Shown here piece after piece: positions 1-10,416 of a stretch of DNA of 64,000 nt. The DNA comes from Methanomethylovorans hollandica DSM 15978 (GTDB taxonomy: Archaea; Halobacteriota; Methanosarcinia; Methanosarcinales; Methanosarcinaceae), in assembly GCF_000328665.1 (NCBI RefSeq), contig NC_019977.1, positions 1,302,001-1,366,000 of the forward strand, written 5' to 3'. A program made the position numbers and the translations under genes. The notes beneath the pieces are model-generated. The model worked only from the letters and a program-made list of their open reading frames with translations, was not told where the DNA came from and made no database searches. How positions within the stretch are numbered: the stretch's first letter is position 1; the number at the start of each line of letters is the position of its first letter.

Positions 1-150
1 TTGTCTTGTCAGCAAGATCTGAACATATTGGAAGTGAAGGCATATATATCAAGAATTCTTTTCCGGGTATCCTTAAGTAATTTGCGGCAGATTATTTTAA
101 ACCCAATTTGACATATGCCTAGACCAAAAGAACTTTAATATATTTTCATC

Positions 151-390
151 ATGTCCCTTTATGGTAACATAATCAATCCAGATGACCTTCTTGATGTACA
201 GATGGAACTTGCTGACATTTCCCGCGAAGGTGGTACCCTTTTTGTCAAAGAATATAGGATAAGAACAAAGTCAGGAGAGCAGAGGTGGGTGGAAGAGCAG
301 ACGTTCATCCAGCGTAACGATGCAGGAATTGTGACCCATTACCAGGGTGTCATCCAAGATATTACAGCAAGAAAGAAAAGCGGAAACTAA
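151..390 (+). CDS. Small PAS/PAC-domain protein (possibly a fragment)
   Basis: INPDD...EYRIRTKSGEQRWVEE...QGVIQDITARK is a PAS_3/PAC signature. Confidence 0.65.
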   Translation: MSLYGNIINPDDLLDVQMELADISREGGTLFVKEYRIRTKSGEQRWVEEQTFIQRNDAGIVTHYQGVIQDITARKKSGN

Positions 391-465
391 ATGAAATATT
401 CAAAAACTTGTCTGATCTCTTAAGCCTAAAACTTCCTAATAGGCACTTTTAGACACTGTGTGTCC

Positions 466-1494
466 CTAGTTATGATTTGCTACATACTCTTCGTGGAACA
501 TCCTGACAACCAGCAGGAAATAAGATAGCAAAAGCGGCCCCACCACCAAACCAATGAGTCCGAACAGGTTGATACCAATGATAATACCCAGCAGAGAGAT
601 CATGGGATGAAGGGAACCAAGTTTTTTTTGAATGAACGGCCTTACAAAGTTGTCCATGGTACTTACCAGAATTCCTGCAATGAGAATACCCACTGCAGCA
701 AAGTAATCTTGCTGAAGGAGCTGGATAATGACTGCAGGAATCCATACGACCGTGGCGCCTACTAGGGGGATGAAGGACAAAAGCGCTGCAAGAGCACCCC
801 AGAGGATTGCACCCTGTATACCCAGCAAGAGAAAGGCTACAGTGAGCAGCCCTCCCTGGATAATAGCTATAATGAGGGAAGAAACAAGAGTGGTTTTGAC
901 GATCACTCTGAACTCTTCCAGAAGTTTGTCAGAATTTTCCCTGTTGAAGGGAATAGCTGAATATACACTCTTCACAAAATCCGAATCTTCTTCTGTGAAA
1001 AGATAATACAAAAGGAAGGACATTATAGTGAATTCTATTAAACGCTGGCCTATACTTTGTACCGCACTAAGCAGCATCACACTACTATAATTGGCAATGG
1101 CAGAAGCCACTTCTATGACCTTTGTCTTTATATCAAGATTTATAGGCAATTGTTCAAGATGCAGGTTCTCCAGGAAACTGCGCACAACTTCAGCATAGAT
1201 AGGAATGGAGTTGATATACTGTAAAACGTTCTGTATTTCCGTGGCTATGGTAGATATCAGGAAATATAAAGGCACCAGTATGAGAACGAAGGATAGGAAA
1301 ATGGTCATAAGAGCGGAAATGCTTCTTGATAAATGACCCCTCCTGACCATAAAATGATATAAGGGACGCAGGATTACAAAGATTATGAATGCTCCCAGGA
1401 ATGCATTGATATATGGCAACAGAGCATGTATAAGCACAGCTGCGAGCACAGCCAACATCAAAAGCGCCATTGCCATCTTAAAGGGGCGTTCCAT
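466..1494 (-). CDS. AI-2E family transporter
   Basis: 342 aa multi-TM protein; SFIPLVG..WIP, DNFVRP and GLIGLVVGP motifs. Confidence 0.9.
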   Translation of the reverse strand: MERPFKMAMALLMLAVLAAVLIHALLPYINAFLGAFIIFVILRPLYHFMVRRGHLSRSISALMTIFLSFVLILVPLYFLISTIATEIQNVLQYINSIPIYAEVVRSFLENLHLEQLPINLDIKTKVIEVASAIANYSSVMLLSAVQSIGQRLIEFTIMSFLLYYLFTEEDSDFVKSVYSAIPFNRENSDKLLEEFRVIVKTTLVSSLIIAIIQGGLLTVAFLLLGIQGAILWGALAALLSFIPLVGATVVWIPAVIIQLLQQDYFAAVGILIAGILVSTMDNFVRPFIQKKLGSLHPMISLLGIIIGINLFGLIGLVVGPLLLSYFLLVVRMFHEEYVANHN

Positions 1495-1616
1495 ACGTGG
1501 TATTATGCACGAATAGTATAAAATAGTAACAGTTAGCCTGAAATAATTTGACTAAAAATAGTTGCATTGGAATAGAAATAAAGGAACGCAGAACACTGCG
1601 ATCCTTATGATGCGGT

Positions 1617-4043
1617 TTATTTGCTTTTTTCCTCCGTTTCCAGTACTTTCATAGTGATCTTCATGACAGAATCGGGATTAAGGGATATGGAGTCTATGCC
1701 TTCCTTTACAAGGAACTCTGCAAATTCCGGATAATCGCTGGGTGCCTGGCCACATAGTCCACTATGCTTTCCATTGCGTTTAGCTCCCTGTATTGCCATG
1801 GAGACAATTTTCATAACACCAGGATCCCTTTCGTCAAAGGAGGTGGCAAGGATCTCAGAATCCCTGTCAACTCCCAGGGTAAGCTGGGTAAGATCATTGG
1901 AGCCTATGGAGAAACCATCGAAGTACTTGCTGAACTCGTCCACGAGCAGGATGTTGTTAGGTATCTCGCACATGACATAGACCTGCAGATCGTTCTCTCC
2001 TCTCTTAAGGCCGTTCTTCTCCATCTCTGCGATAACCTGTTTTGCTTCTTCCACCCGGCGGCAGAAGGGTATCATCAGGATGAGATTAGTAAGGCCCATC
2101 TCATCCCTTACTTTCTTCATTGCGAGGCATTCCAGGGCAAAACCTTCGCGATACCTATCATCATAGTAACGGGAAGCTCCTCTGAATCCTAACATGGGAT
2201 TACTTTCTTCGATCTCGAAGTATTTACCACCCAGGAGGCTTGCATATTCGTTGGACTTGAGATCGCTCATGCGCACTACTACTGGTTTAGGATAGAAGGC
2301 CGCAGCGATCGTCCCCACTCCCTGAGCCAGCTTTTCAACAAAGTAATCGGCCATGTTGATATAGCCCCTGGCCAGTTGTCTGATGAGGGAAAGAGTGGTT
2401 TCGTCCTTTACTTTTTCCGGATGCACCAGAGCCATGGGATGCACCTTAATATAGCTCGTGATTATGAACTCCAGCCGTGCGAGCCCGATACCGTCGTTAG
2501 GGATCATGGAAAGGGAAAAAGCTTCTTCCGGATTGCCGAGGTTCATCATTATTTCAGTACGGGGACGCTTGAGGCCTTTTAGGTCAATTGTTTCCACATG
2601 GAAAGGCAGGATACCGGCGTATACCCGGCCTACATCTCCCTCTGCACAGCTTACGGTTGCTTCTGTGCCGTTGATCAGGTGTTCCGTTGCGTCCTCTGCA
2701 CCCACCACTGCAGGGATGCCTAACTCCCGGCTCACAATGGCTGCATGGCATGTTCTGCCACCTTTGTTAGTGACTATAGCAGCAGCTGTCTTCATGATTG
2801 GTTCCCAGTCAGGGGTCGTGGTATCGGCCACAAGGACCTCACCTGGAATAAACTGCGGCAGCTGTGAGACGTCAGTAATGACACGGGCTTTGCCGGCAGC
2901 TATCTTGCCTCCCACGCTCCTGCCTTCTACAAGTACCTGACTGCGTTCATCCAGATAATATGTTTCCAGGACATCACGCGACCTGTGGGCCTGCACTGTT
3001 TCCGGCCTGGCTTGCACTATGAAGAGCTCGCCTGTTATGCCATCTTTGGCCCATTCTATATCCATGGGTACGGGCTTGCCTGCCTTGCGGGAATAATAGT
3101 CCTCTATGGTGACTGCATATCCGGCCAGGGTCAATATTTCCTCGTCATTTATGCAATACCTGCGCCTTTGGGATTCGGGAACTTCCACATTACGCGTCTG
3201 GACCTTGGAATCCCCATGGCCGTAGATCATCTTTATATCCTTGCTGCCCAGCTTTTTCTGGACAATAGGCCTGTACCCTGCTTTGAGAGTGGGTTTGAAA
3301 ACATAGAACTCATCAGGATTAACAGCTCCTTGCACAACGTTCTCCCCCAGGCCGTAAGCACCTGTGATGAAAACCACGTCATTAAAGCCGCTCTCCGTAT
3401 CAAGGGTGAAGATCACGCCACTGGAAGCAAGGTCTGAGCGTACCATCTTCATGATGCCGATGGAAAGGCCTACCTTGAAGTGATCGAAGTTGTTCGTGAC
3501 ACGATACGATATGGCCCTGTCTGTGAAAAGGGAAGCAAAACAGCGGATGCACGCGATTTTCAGGGCCGGATAGCCATGCACGTTGAGATATGTTTCCTGC
3601 TGGCCGGCGAAAGAGGCAAAGGGAAGGTCTTCGGCAGTAGCAGAACTGCGGACTGCGACATCGGTATCAGGGCCATACTCCTGGCAGAGCTTATCGTAGG
3701 CAGCTTTGATCTGCGCCCACAGATCATCAGGGATACCTGCCTCGAGAATGATGTCTCTTGCTTTGCTGCCTCTTGTGGCCAGGTCCTTTACATTGCTTAT
3801 ATCAAGGCCCTCCATGGTCTTCCTGAGCTCATCGAGAACACCTGCGGCTTGCAGCATGTGCCAGTAGGCATCTGCGGTGATAGCAAAACCATTGGGTATT
3901 TTGATGCCTTCGTTTTGCAGTTCCCTGTACATTTCCCCGATGGAAGCGTTCTTCCCTCCCACCTCAGGTATATCCTCGATACTTATTTCTCCGAACCAGC
4001 GAATGTATCTTGCAGCCGATGTTGTATTCATGAGATCCCCCAT
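1617..4043 (-). CDS. ppsA: Phosphoenolpyruvate synthase
   Basis: VGGKNAS, AVRSSATAEDLP.ASFAGQQET, phospho-His GGRTCHAAIVSRE, FSIGSNDLTQ. Confidence 0.97.
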   Translation of the reverse strand: MGDLMNTTSAARYIRWFGEISIEDIPEVGGKNASIGEMYRELQNEGIKIPNGFAITADAYWHMLQAAGVLDELRKTMEGLDISNVKDLATRGSKARDIILEAGIPDDLWAQIKAAYDKLCQEYGPDTDVAVRSSATAEDLPFASFAGQQETYLNVHGYPALKIACIRCFASLFTDRAISYRVTNNFDHFKVGLSIGIMKMVRSDLASSGVIFTLDTESGFNDVVFITGAYGLGENVVQGAVNPDEFYVFKPTLKAGYRPIVQKKLGSKDIKMIYGHGDSKVQTRNVEVPESQRRRYCINDEEILTLAGYAVTIEDYYSRKAGKPVPMDIEWAKDGITGELFIVQARPETVQAHRSRDVLETYYLDERSQVLVEGRSVGGKIAAGKARVITDVSQLPQFIPGEVLVADTTTPDWEPIMKTAAAIVTNKGGRTCHAAIVSRELGIPAVVGAEDATEHLINGTEATVSCAEGDVGRVYAGILPFHVETIDLKGLKRPRTEIMMNLGNPEEAFSLSMIPNDGIGLARLEFIITSYIKVHPMALVHPEKVKDETTLSLIRQLARGYINMADYFVEKLAQGVGTIAAAFYPKPVVVRMSDLKSNEYASLLGGKYFEIEESNPMLGFRGASRYYDDRYREGFALECLAMKKVRDEMGLTNLILMIPFCRRVEEAKQVIAEMEKNGLKRGENDLQVYVMCEIPNNILLVDEFSKYFDGFSIGSNDLTQLTLGVDRDSEILATSFDERDPGVMKIVSMAIQGAKRNGKHSGLCGQAPSDYPEFAEFLVKEGIDSISLNPDSVMKITMKVLETEEKSK

Positions 4044-4307
4044 TTACTTTTCTTATATCTGTATGTTAATAGGCTGGCTATCTGCGATAAATATTTATTC
4101 CTTAATTTAAACATAGGGTTTTAGGGACCAAATATGTGCCTTATGTGCAGCTAATATTGATGCTAGTGTTATACGGCTGTTTATCTGCACTTCGGCTTGT
4201 GAGGACAAGATGGATGTATACCTTTGGCTTTTGGGTATACATGTCGGCCCATGTAAAGCACGCTGATTATCATTTAAACAAAGTAAAAATTTCATAGTAG
4301 TGATCTT

Positions 4308-4850
4308 ATGGGTTCAGAACTTGACGATAAAAAAATACTGATGGTGGTTGCTCAGGATAACTTCAGAGATGAAGAGTATTTAGAACCGAGAGATGTCCTG
4401 GAAGATGCAGGGGTTAGCATTACCGTTGCGAGCAACAGTACAAAAGAGGCCTATGGGGCGCTTGGAGCAAAGATAAAGCCCGACATCAGCATCAAGGATG
4501 CCATCATGGCCGAATTTGACGGGATTGTTGTTGTCGGTGGCGGCGGTTCCAGGGAACACCTCTGGCCCAACAAGGATCTTCAAAGGCTGGTGAAGGATGC
4601 GTTCGATCAGGATAAGCTCGTAGCTGCAATATGTATCTCACCGGTGATCCTTGCCAGGGCGAAGGTCCTGGAAGACAGGGATTGTACGGTGTTCAAGGAC
4701 AAGGAATGTATTGCAGAGCTTGAGAAGTACGGCGGCCATTACCAGGATACGGATGTAGTGGCTGACGGGAACATTGTCACCGCAAGGGACCCGAAGGCAG
4801 CCGAGAAGTTCGGACATGCGATAGTGGAACAGCTCGCAGCAGAAGATTGA
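4308..4850 (+). CDS. DJ-1/PfpI family protein
   Basis: NFRDEEY, VVVGGGG, AAICISP nucleophile elbow, DGNIVTA. Confidence 0.9.
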   Translation: MGSELDDKKILMVVAQDNFRDEEYLEPRDVLEDAGVSITVASNSTKEAYGALGAKIKPDISIKDAIMAEFDGIVVVGGGGSREHLWPNKDLQRLVKDAFDQDKLVAAICISPVILARAKVLEDRDCTVFKDKECIAELEKYGGHYQDTDVVADGNIVTARDPKAAEKFGHAIVEQLAAED

Positions 4851-4987
4851 ACGTAATCGTTTTTGATTACAGTTCATTTACTTCTTCTCATTTACTTTTT
4901 TATTCTTTTTTTCTGCATCCTGCAGTAGATCTAACTAAAGAGGATTTCGATTAAAACTCTTTTTGATCTATTTATACAATTTTTATC

Positions 4988-5057
4988 AACGCTAAGGCGC
5001 AAAGAAATAATAACAATCAACAAGCTTTGCGTCCTCACGACCTTGTGTCTTTGCGTT
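4988..5057. repeat. REP-like imperfect palindrome built from GCAAAG/CTTTGCG units
   Basis: AACGCTAAGGCGCAAAG ... CTTTGCGTCC ... CTTTGCGTT between convergent genes. Confidence 0.4.
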
Positions 5058-5202
5058 AAAAGTGAAGATGATTTGATCCCTGTGTTCATCTGATCTATGT
5101 GTCCATTATGGTCCAATAGTTATTGGAATAAGGGACGATAGGTGATCCTCCAAGCCCGTAAATTGAATGACCCAATTATGCAACAGTTTTAAGTTACAAT
5201 CG

Positions 5203-5961
5203 CTACACATCGACCTGCATCAGGTCTTCTGCGATATGCACTTCTCCGGGGAAGACAGTGCGGATGTGGTCTATGGCTTCCTGCTCGTGTCCCTGCATGT
5301 GCGGGTACAGATGGGTCAGGTAAAGCCTGTCCACGTGCAGGGGGTGCTGTGAGATGTGGGATGCGAGCATATCCGGGGTGGTGTGGTTGTCCACTTCAAA
5401 ACCCAGGGGGAAGGAGCATTCGTATACCAGGACGTGCGCTCCCCGGGCGAGCTCTGTAAAGCTGTCACAGGGTTCTGTGTCACCAGTGTACACAGCGATC
5501 CTGCCGGCTTGCTCCACTCTGTAACCAATAGTAGTTACACTGTGGCATCCGTGTGCGGTGTTTATGGTGCAATCCGCCACTTTGAGCACAGTTCCACCTG
5601 TAAGTTCGGTGATATTAACCTGCAGCCTGTCCTTAAGGTAGGGGTACAGTGCCATGAGCTTATCGAACCATTGCGCTGTGCCCACAGGACCGTAGATGTG
5701 CGTCTGCGTGAGCCCTACCAGCCAGTTGGCCTTGATGAGCCCCAGCACATCGGACACATGGTCCAGGTGCAGATGTGTCAGGAAGATGGTATCTATGTCC
5801 CGGTGGTCATAGCCGCTCTCGTAGATCCGCTGCAGTATCCCGCATCCGCAGTCAAAGAGCAGGGGTTTTTTCTTCCCGCCTGCCTCTACCTCAATGATCA
5901 GTCCGGACTGCGCCCTTGCCTGCGGGATGCCTGTCCCTGTGCCTAAGAACGTGAGTTTCAT
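5203..5961 (-). CDS. MBL-fold metallo-hydrolase, RNase Z-like
   Basis: LTFLGTG, FDCG.G, THLHLDH, YTGDTEP, LTHLY. Confidence 0.88.
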   Translation of the reverse strand: MKLTFLGTGTGIPQARAQSGLIIEVEAGGKKKPLLFDCGCGILQRIYESGYDHRDIDTIFLTHLHLDHVSDVLGLIKANWLVGLTQTHIYGPVGTAQWFDKLMALYPYLKDRLQVNITELTGGTVLKVADCTINTAHGCHSVTTIGYRVEQAGRIAVYTGDTEPCDSFTELARGAHVLVYECSFPLGFEVDNHTTPDMLASHISQHPLHVDRLYLTHLYPHMQGHEQEAIDHIRTVFPGEVHIAEDLMQVDV

Positions 5962-6047
5962 AGGTAGAAGAATAAGGCTTAAGTAACTTAACTTTAATTA
6001 TGGGGTAATTTATACTGGAACAAATCCGGCACAACCTTATTCTTCAT

Positions 6048-6131
6048 GCGAGGGTCGCCCAGCTGGTCAAAGGCGCCAGACTTAAGATCTGGTATCGAAG
6101 GATTTCGTGGGTTCAAATCCCATCCCTCGCA
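6048..6131 (+). tRNA. tRNA-Leu (anticodon TAA), long variable arm, CCA not encoded
   Basis: GCGAGGG/CCCTCGC acceptor stem, CCAGA-CTTAAGA-TCTGG anticodon arm, GGTTCAAATCC T-arm. Confidence 0.95.
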
Positions 6132-6352
6132 TGTGGTTTTCTAGTAATATTTTAATTAACAGTTCCTTTTTTAAACCCAAATTACTGAGTTCAGTTGAAT
6201 AAACTTTAGTAAATGTTTTATATTAACATCTATATTCTATCTCACAAAGAACTTGTTGAGTTTAAAACATCTAAACTTTCCGAAGTTGATATAATGACTT
6301 TTATGCCGGTTCATTAAGATGATTACAATCTGAATACTGGAAGGCATTAATT

Positions 6353-7870
6353 ATGAGTGATATTGAAAAGCAATTGTGGAAAACTGCAGACAAACTCCGG
6401 AAAAATATTGATGCCGCTGAGTATAAACACATAGTTCTGGGTCTGATCTTCCTGAGATATATCTCGGATGCCTTTGATGAGTTATATGAAAAACTGCAGC
6501 AGGGGGAAGGGGAGTACGCTGGTGCGGACCCTGAGGACAGGGATGAATACAAAGCCGAGAATGTCTTCTTTGTGCCTGCAATCGCCCGCTGGTCATATCT
6601 GCAGGCAGAAGCCAAAAAACCGGAAATCGGTAAAGCTGTTGACAATGCAATGGATGTCATCGAAAAAGAGAATCCGTTGCTCCGGGGCGTCTTGCCTAAG
6701 GTATATGCAAGAGGTAATCTTGATCCTGCAAATCTTGGTGGTCTGATCGATCTGGTGAGCAATATCGCTCTCGGAGATGCAAAAAACAGGAGTGCCGATG
6801 TTCTGGGCCATGTTTTCGAGTATTTCCTTGGTGAGTTCGCCCTTGCGGAAGGAAAGAAAGGCGGGCAGTTCTACACTCCCAGAAGCGTAGTTGAGTTACT
6901 GGTAGAAATGCTGGAGCCTTACAATGGCCGGGTATTTGATCCATGCTGCGGTTCAGGTGGCATGTTCGTGCAGTCGGAGAAATTCGTTGCCGACCATCAG
7001 GGGAAGCTGAACGATATATCGATCTACGGACAGGAGAGCAACCAGACGACGTGGCGGTTGGCAAAGATGAACCTGGCCATCAGGAGCATTGACAGTTCCC
7101 AAGTCAAATGGAACAATGAAGGCTCTTTCCTCAATGATGTTCACAAAGACCTGAAAGCGGATTATGTCATAGCCAACCCGCCGTTCAATGACAGCGACTG
7201 GAGCGGCGATCTGCTGCACAAGGACGGCAGGTGGAAGTATGGTATCCCGCCGGCCGGGAACGCCAATTATGCCTGGATACAGCACTTCCTCTATCATCTT
7301 GGTCCGAGCGGCCAGGCAGGTTTTGTCCTGGCTAAGGGTTCTCTGACATCCAAATCATCGGGCGAAGGGGATATCAGAAAAGAGCTCGTGGAAACACGCC
7401 TGGTGGACTGCATAGTGAACCTTCCACCGAAGCTGTTCCTGAATACCCAGATCCCGGCCAGCCTCTGGTTCCTGAGCAGGAACAAGGCCAACGGCAGGTA
7501 CAGAAACAGGACGGATGAGATCCTGTTCATCGATGCACGGAACATGGGACACCTGATAAACCGCAGGACCCGCGAATTCTCACCTGAGGACATACAGGAG
7601 ATTGCGAGCACCTACCATAAATGGCGCAATCCGGAAGGCAATTACGAGGACGTGAAAGGATTCTGCAATTCAGCCCCCATCGCACGTGTGCGTGAGTTGG
7701 ATTACGTGCTGACGCCCGGCCGCTATGTAGGACTGCCGGACGACGAGGATGATTTTGACTTCAATGAGCGCTTCACCGCCCTGAAAGCCGAGTTCGAGGA
7801 GCAGCTGAAAGAGGAAGAGAGACTGAACCTGCTGATCGCCGGGAATCTGAAAAGGGTGAAGCTTGAATGA
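6353..7870 (+). CDS. hsdM: Type I R-M methyltransferase subunit
   Basis: [20 protein letters not shown] motifs. Confidence 0.96.
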   Translation: MSDIEKQLWKTADKLRKNIDAAEYKHIVLGLIFLRYISDAFDELYEKLQQGEGEYAGADPEDRDEYKAENVFFVPAIARWSYLQAEAKKPEIGKAVDNAMDVIEKENPLLRGVLPKVYARGNLDPANLGGLIDLVSNIALGDAKNRSADVLGHVFEYFLGEFALAEGKKGGQFYTPRSVVELLVEMLEPYNGRVFDPCCGSGGMFVQSEKFVADHQGKLNDISIYGQESNQTTWRLAKMNLAIRSIDSSQVKWNNEGSFLNDVHKDLKADYVIANPPFNDSDWSGDLLHKDGRWKYGIPPAGNANYAWIQHFLYHLGPSGQAGFVLAKGSLTSKSSGEGDIRKELVETRLVDCIVNLPPKLFLNTQIPASLWFLSRNKANGRYRNRTDEILFIDARNMGHLINRRTREFSPEDIQEIASTYHKWRNPEGNYEDVKGFCNSAPIARVRELDYVLTPGRYVGLPDDEDDFDFNERFTALKAEFEEQLKEEERLNLLIAGNLKRVKLE

Positions 7871-8133
7871 CCAGGAATGAATTGATGGTCGACGGGGAAT
7901 ATGAAATTTTAAGGTCACAAATTGCGACCTTAGAGAATGATGAAGAATTTTCAAATTGGAAATCACAGATTGTGATGTCCGATGAAGACTGTGGTATCGC
8001 AATATGCGATACCTTCAGAACAGCTTCCATGCGTTTTTCTGAAAGACTCTGGAAAAGAGGGTTCGTATTCTCGAAGATGGATAGTGAATGCACAATGATC
8101 GACGCTGAAAGGAAGGAATGCACAAAAAGATGA
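7867..8133 (+). pseudogene. ORF6N-related fragment (partial duplicate of the next gene's palindrome-bearing segment)
   Basis: 7894-8024 matches 8391-8521 (131 bp, 13 mismatches); lacks the N-terminal ORF6N core. Confidence 0.6.
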
Positions 8134-8204
8134 ATATTTTGTGCACATTATAATTTGAATGCACAGGTGTTGCGCAGGTAATCAATGGGCCAGAGGTTGA
8201 AGCG

Positions 8205-8726
8205 ATGGGTGGAAGTGAACTGATAGTACCGGAACAGATCCAAAGCCGGATCTACACGATTCGAGGCTTACAGGTGACGCTGGATGAGGATCTGGCAGCT
8301 CTCTATCATGTTGAGACCAGAGTATTGAACCAAGCGGTCAAAAGGAACAAAGACAGGTTTCCGGAGCAGTTCTGTTTTCAACTGACCACCGGGGAATATG
8401 AGCGTTTAAGATCACAAATTGTGATCTTAGAGAATGATGAAGAATTTTCGAACTGGAAATCACAGATTGTGATGTCCGATGAAGACCATGGCATCGCAAA
8501 ATGCGATACCTTCAAAACAGCATGCGGGCGCGTTTCTGAAGAATTTGGGTTTCAACTGTCTGCAAAGGAATACAATAATTTAAGGTCGCAAAATGCGACC
8601 ATAGAACACGTTTTTAAAAAAGAATACTTTAATTTCTCAAAAAGTTGTACTGCTTCCGGTCTGTACTGGATGAAATTGCGAAGCAACCTGCTACGCAATA
8701 TTGCGAGGCTGGAGGGGATGAAGTGA
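8205..8726 (+). CDS. ORF6N-domain (KilA-N-like) DNA-binding protein
   Basis: IYTIRGLQVTLDEDLAALYHVETRVLNQAVKRNKDRFPEQFCFQLT followed by repeated LRSQ motifs. Confidence 0.85.
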   Translation: MGGSELIVPEQIQSRIYTIRGLQVTLDEDLAALYHVETRVLNQAVKRNKDRFPEQFCFQLTTGEYERLRSQIVILENDEEFSNWKSQIVMSDEDHGIAKCDTFKTACGRVSEEFGFQLSAKEYNNLRSQNATIEHVFKKEYFNFSKSCTASGLYWMKLRSNLLRNIARLEGMK

Positions 8727-9865
8727 CGGGGGAGTGGAAGGAAACTGAACTTGGTGATATTCTCGTTGAAAAAGGATATATTCGTGGTCCTTTTGGTTCC
8801 TCTCTTAAGCGTGGAGAAATGAAAGATTCTGGGGTACCGGTCTACGAACAGAAAAATGCAATATACAATAGTCGTGATTTCCGATTCTTTATAGATGAGG
8901 ATAAATTTCACGAACTTAAAAGATTTCAAGTAAGGACGAATGATTTGATAATTAGCTGTTCCGGTACAGTTGGCAAAATCTCAATTATTAAAGAAGAAGA
9001 TCCAAAGGGAATAATTAGCCAAGCATTACTAACTTTGAGGGTAAATACAAAAAAAATAGAACTCTTATATCTATATTATTTTTTATCTTCAAGGCAAGGG
9101 TTTGCATTACTCACACAAGCTTCCCATGGTTCTGTTCAGATTAATATTGCAGAAAGAAAAGTTGTTGAAAGCATTCCACTGCTTCTCCCCCCTCTCCCCG
9201 AACAGCGCGCCATCGCCTCCGTGCTTTCCAGCCTCGACGACAAGATAGACCTGCTCCACCGCCAGAACAAGACTCTTGAGGCTATGGCGGAAACGCTGTT
9301 CAGGCAGTGGTTTGTGGAGGAGGCTGATGAGGGGTGGGAAGAAGGTACATTGGGTGATGTTATTGATCTTTTTTATGGTAAAGGCTTGAAAAATGAAATA
9401 AGAACAGGTACAGGTTATCCAGTAATTGGTTCAAGTGGTATTGTTGGCTATCACTCTGAATTTTTGGTTGAAGGTCCCGGAATTGTTATTGGAAGAAAAG
9501 GCACTCTTGGAAAGGTTATTTACTTATGGGATAACTTTTTCCCAATTGACACTACATATTATGTTAAATCTAAAGTTGAATCTGCAGGATTGTTGTATGA
9601 GTACTTCTTATTAAAGACACTCAGCTTTGAAGAAATGGACTCAGATTCAGCAGTCCCTGGATTAAATAGAAACCTCGCTCTGTCTACAGAAATTAAAATT
9701 GCACCTTTAGATAAATTGAACCAGTTCAACCAATTTAGTTCAACATTCATAGATAAATTAAGAAAGAATACAAAGCAAATCCACACCCTCGAAAAAATGC
9801 GGGATACGCTGCTGCCTAAATTGATGAGCGGGGAAGTGAGGGTGGAATGTGAGGATGTGGGATAG
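8723..9865 (+). CDS. hsdS: Type I R-M specificity subunit
   Basis: GTG at 8723 after GGAGGGG; two TRDs; PPLPEQRAIASVLSSLDDKI and RDTLLPKLMSGE conserved regions. Confidence 0.93.
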   Translation: MTGEWKETELGDILVEKGYIRGPFGSSLKRGEMKDSGVPVYEQKNAIYNSRDFRFFIDEDKFHELKRFQVRTNDLIISCSGTVGKISIIKEEDPKGIISQALLTLRVNTKKIELLYLYYFLSSRQGFALLTQASHGSVQINIAERKVVESIPLLLPPLPEQRAIASVLSSLDDKIDLLHRQNKTLEAMAETLFRQWFVEEADEGWEEGTLGDVIDLFYGKGLKNEIRTGTGYPVIGSSGIVGYHSEFLVEGPGIVIGRKGTLGKVIYLWDNFFPIDTTYYVKSKVESAGLLYEYFLLKTLSFEEMDSDSAVPGLNRNLALSTEIKIAPLDKLNQFNQFSSTFIDKLRKNTKQIHTLEKMRDTLLPKLMSGEVRVECEDVG

Positions 9866-10416
9866 TGATTGTACATCTTTTCAAACTTTTCTTGACACTA
9901 AACTCATTATTACTTTCTTTGCTGGTATTTCTCATTAAAGAAGACGTTGTCCTAAACCCGTTGCATCCTTACCTTTCAAATTTGCCAGCCGTAATTTCTT
10001 ACCTATTGTATTTTGGATTTATTTTTCTACTTACATTGATAAGCGTTCATCTTACTAACTTCTTAGACACAGATACAATAGATAAATTGTCAATATCTGT
10101 CATTGAACCTGCCAATGATGCATTCTTGCCGAGTTATTTAGGTTATTTTTTTGTCGCTTTGAGTGCACCGAACATAGAGGTATTTCTTTATGTTTTTGGA
10201 ATAATCTGCATTTTTATTTATCATTCCAGAATATCGTATTTTAATCCCATCTTTTTACTGATTGGATTTAATTTTTATTATATAAAGACTAATAACAATA
10301 CTAAAATATTAGTAATAACACAAAAACAACTTAAAGAGCCAAAAAATGCGGAATTTGAGAATTTAAAGCGTATCAATAATTATACATTTATGGATATGGG
10401 AAGGCAGGTACTATGA
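9865..10416 (+). CDS. kwaA: Multi-TM protein, KwaA-like (Kiwa defence)
   Basis: About 4 TM helices, EPANDAFLPSYLGYFF and YFNPIFLLIGFNFY; overlaps a KwaB-like gene; AT-rich insert in the R-M operon. Confidence 0.62.
   Translation: MIVHLFKLFLTLNSLLLSLLVFLIKEDVVLNPLHPYLSNLPAVISYLLYFGFIFLLTLISVHLTNFLDTDTIDKLSISVIEPANDAFLPSYLGYFFVALSAPNIEVFLYVFGIICIFIYHSRISYFNPIFLLIGFNFYYIKTNNNTKILVITQKQLKEPKNAEFENLKRINNYTFMDMGRQVL

Noticed and set aside
6100..6145. attL/attR duplication of the tRNA 3' end
   Set aside because: No second copy seen by eye, and no integrase in the window
7894..8521. 131-bp near-repeat as a DGR template/variable pair
   Set aside because: The 13 mismatches are not adenine-specific on either strand, and there is no reverse transcriptase in the window
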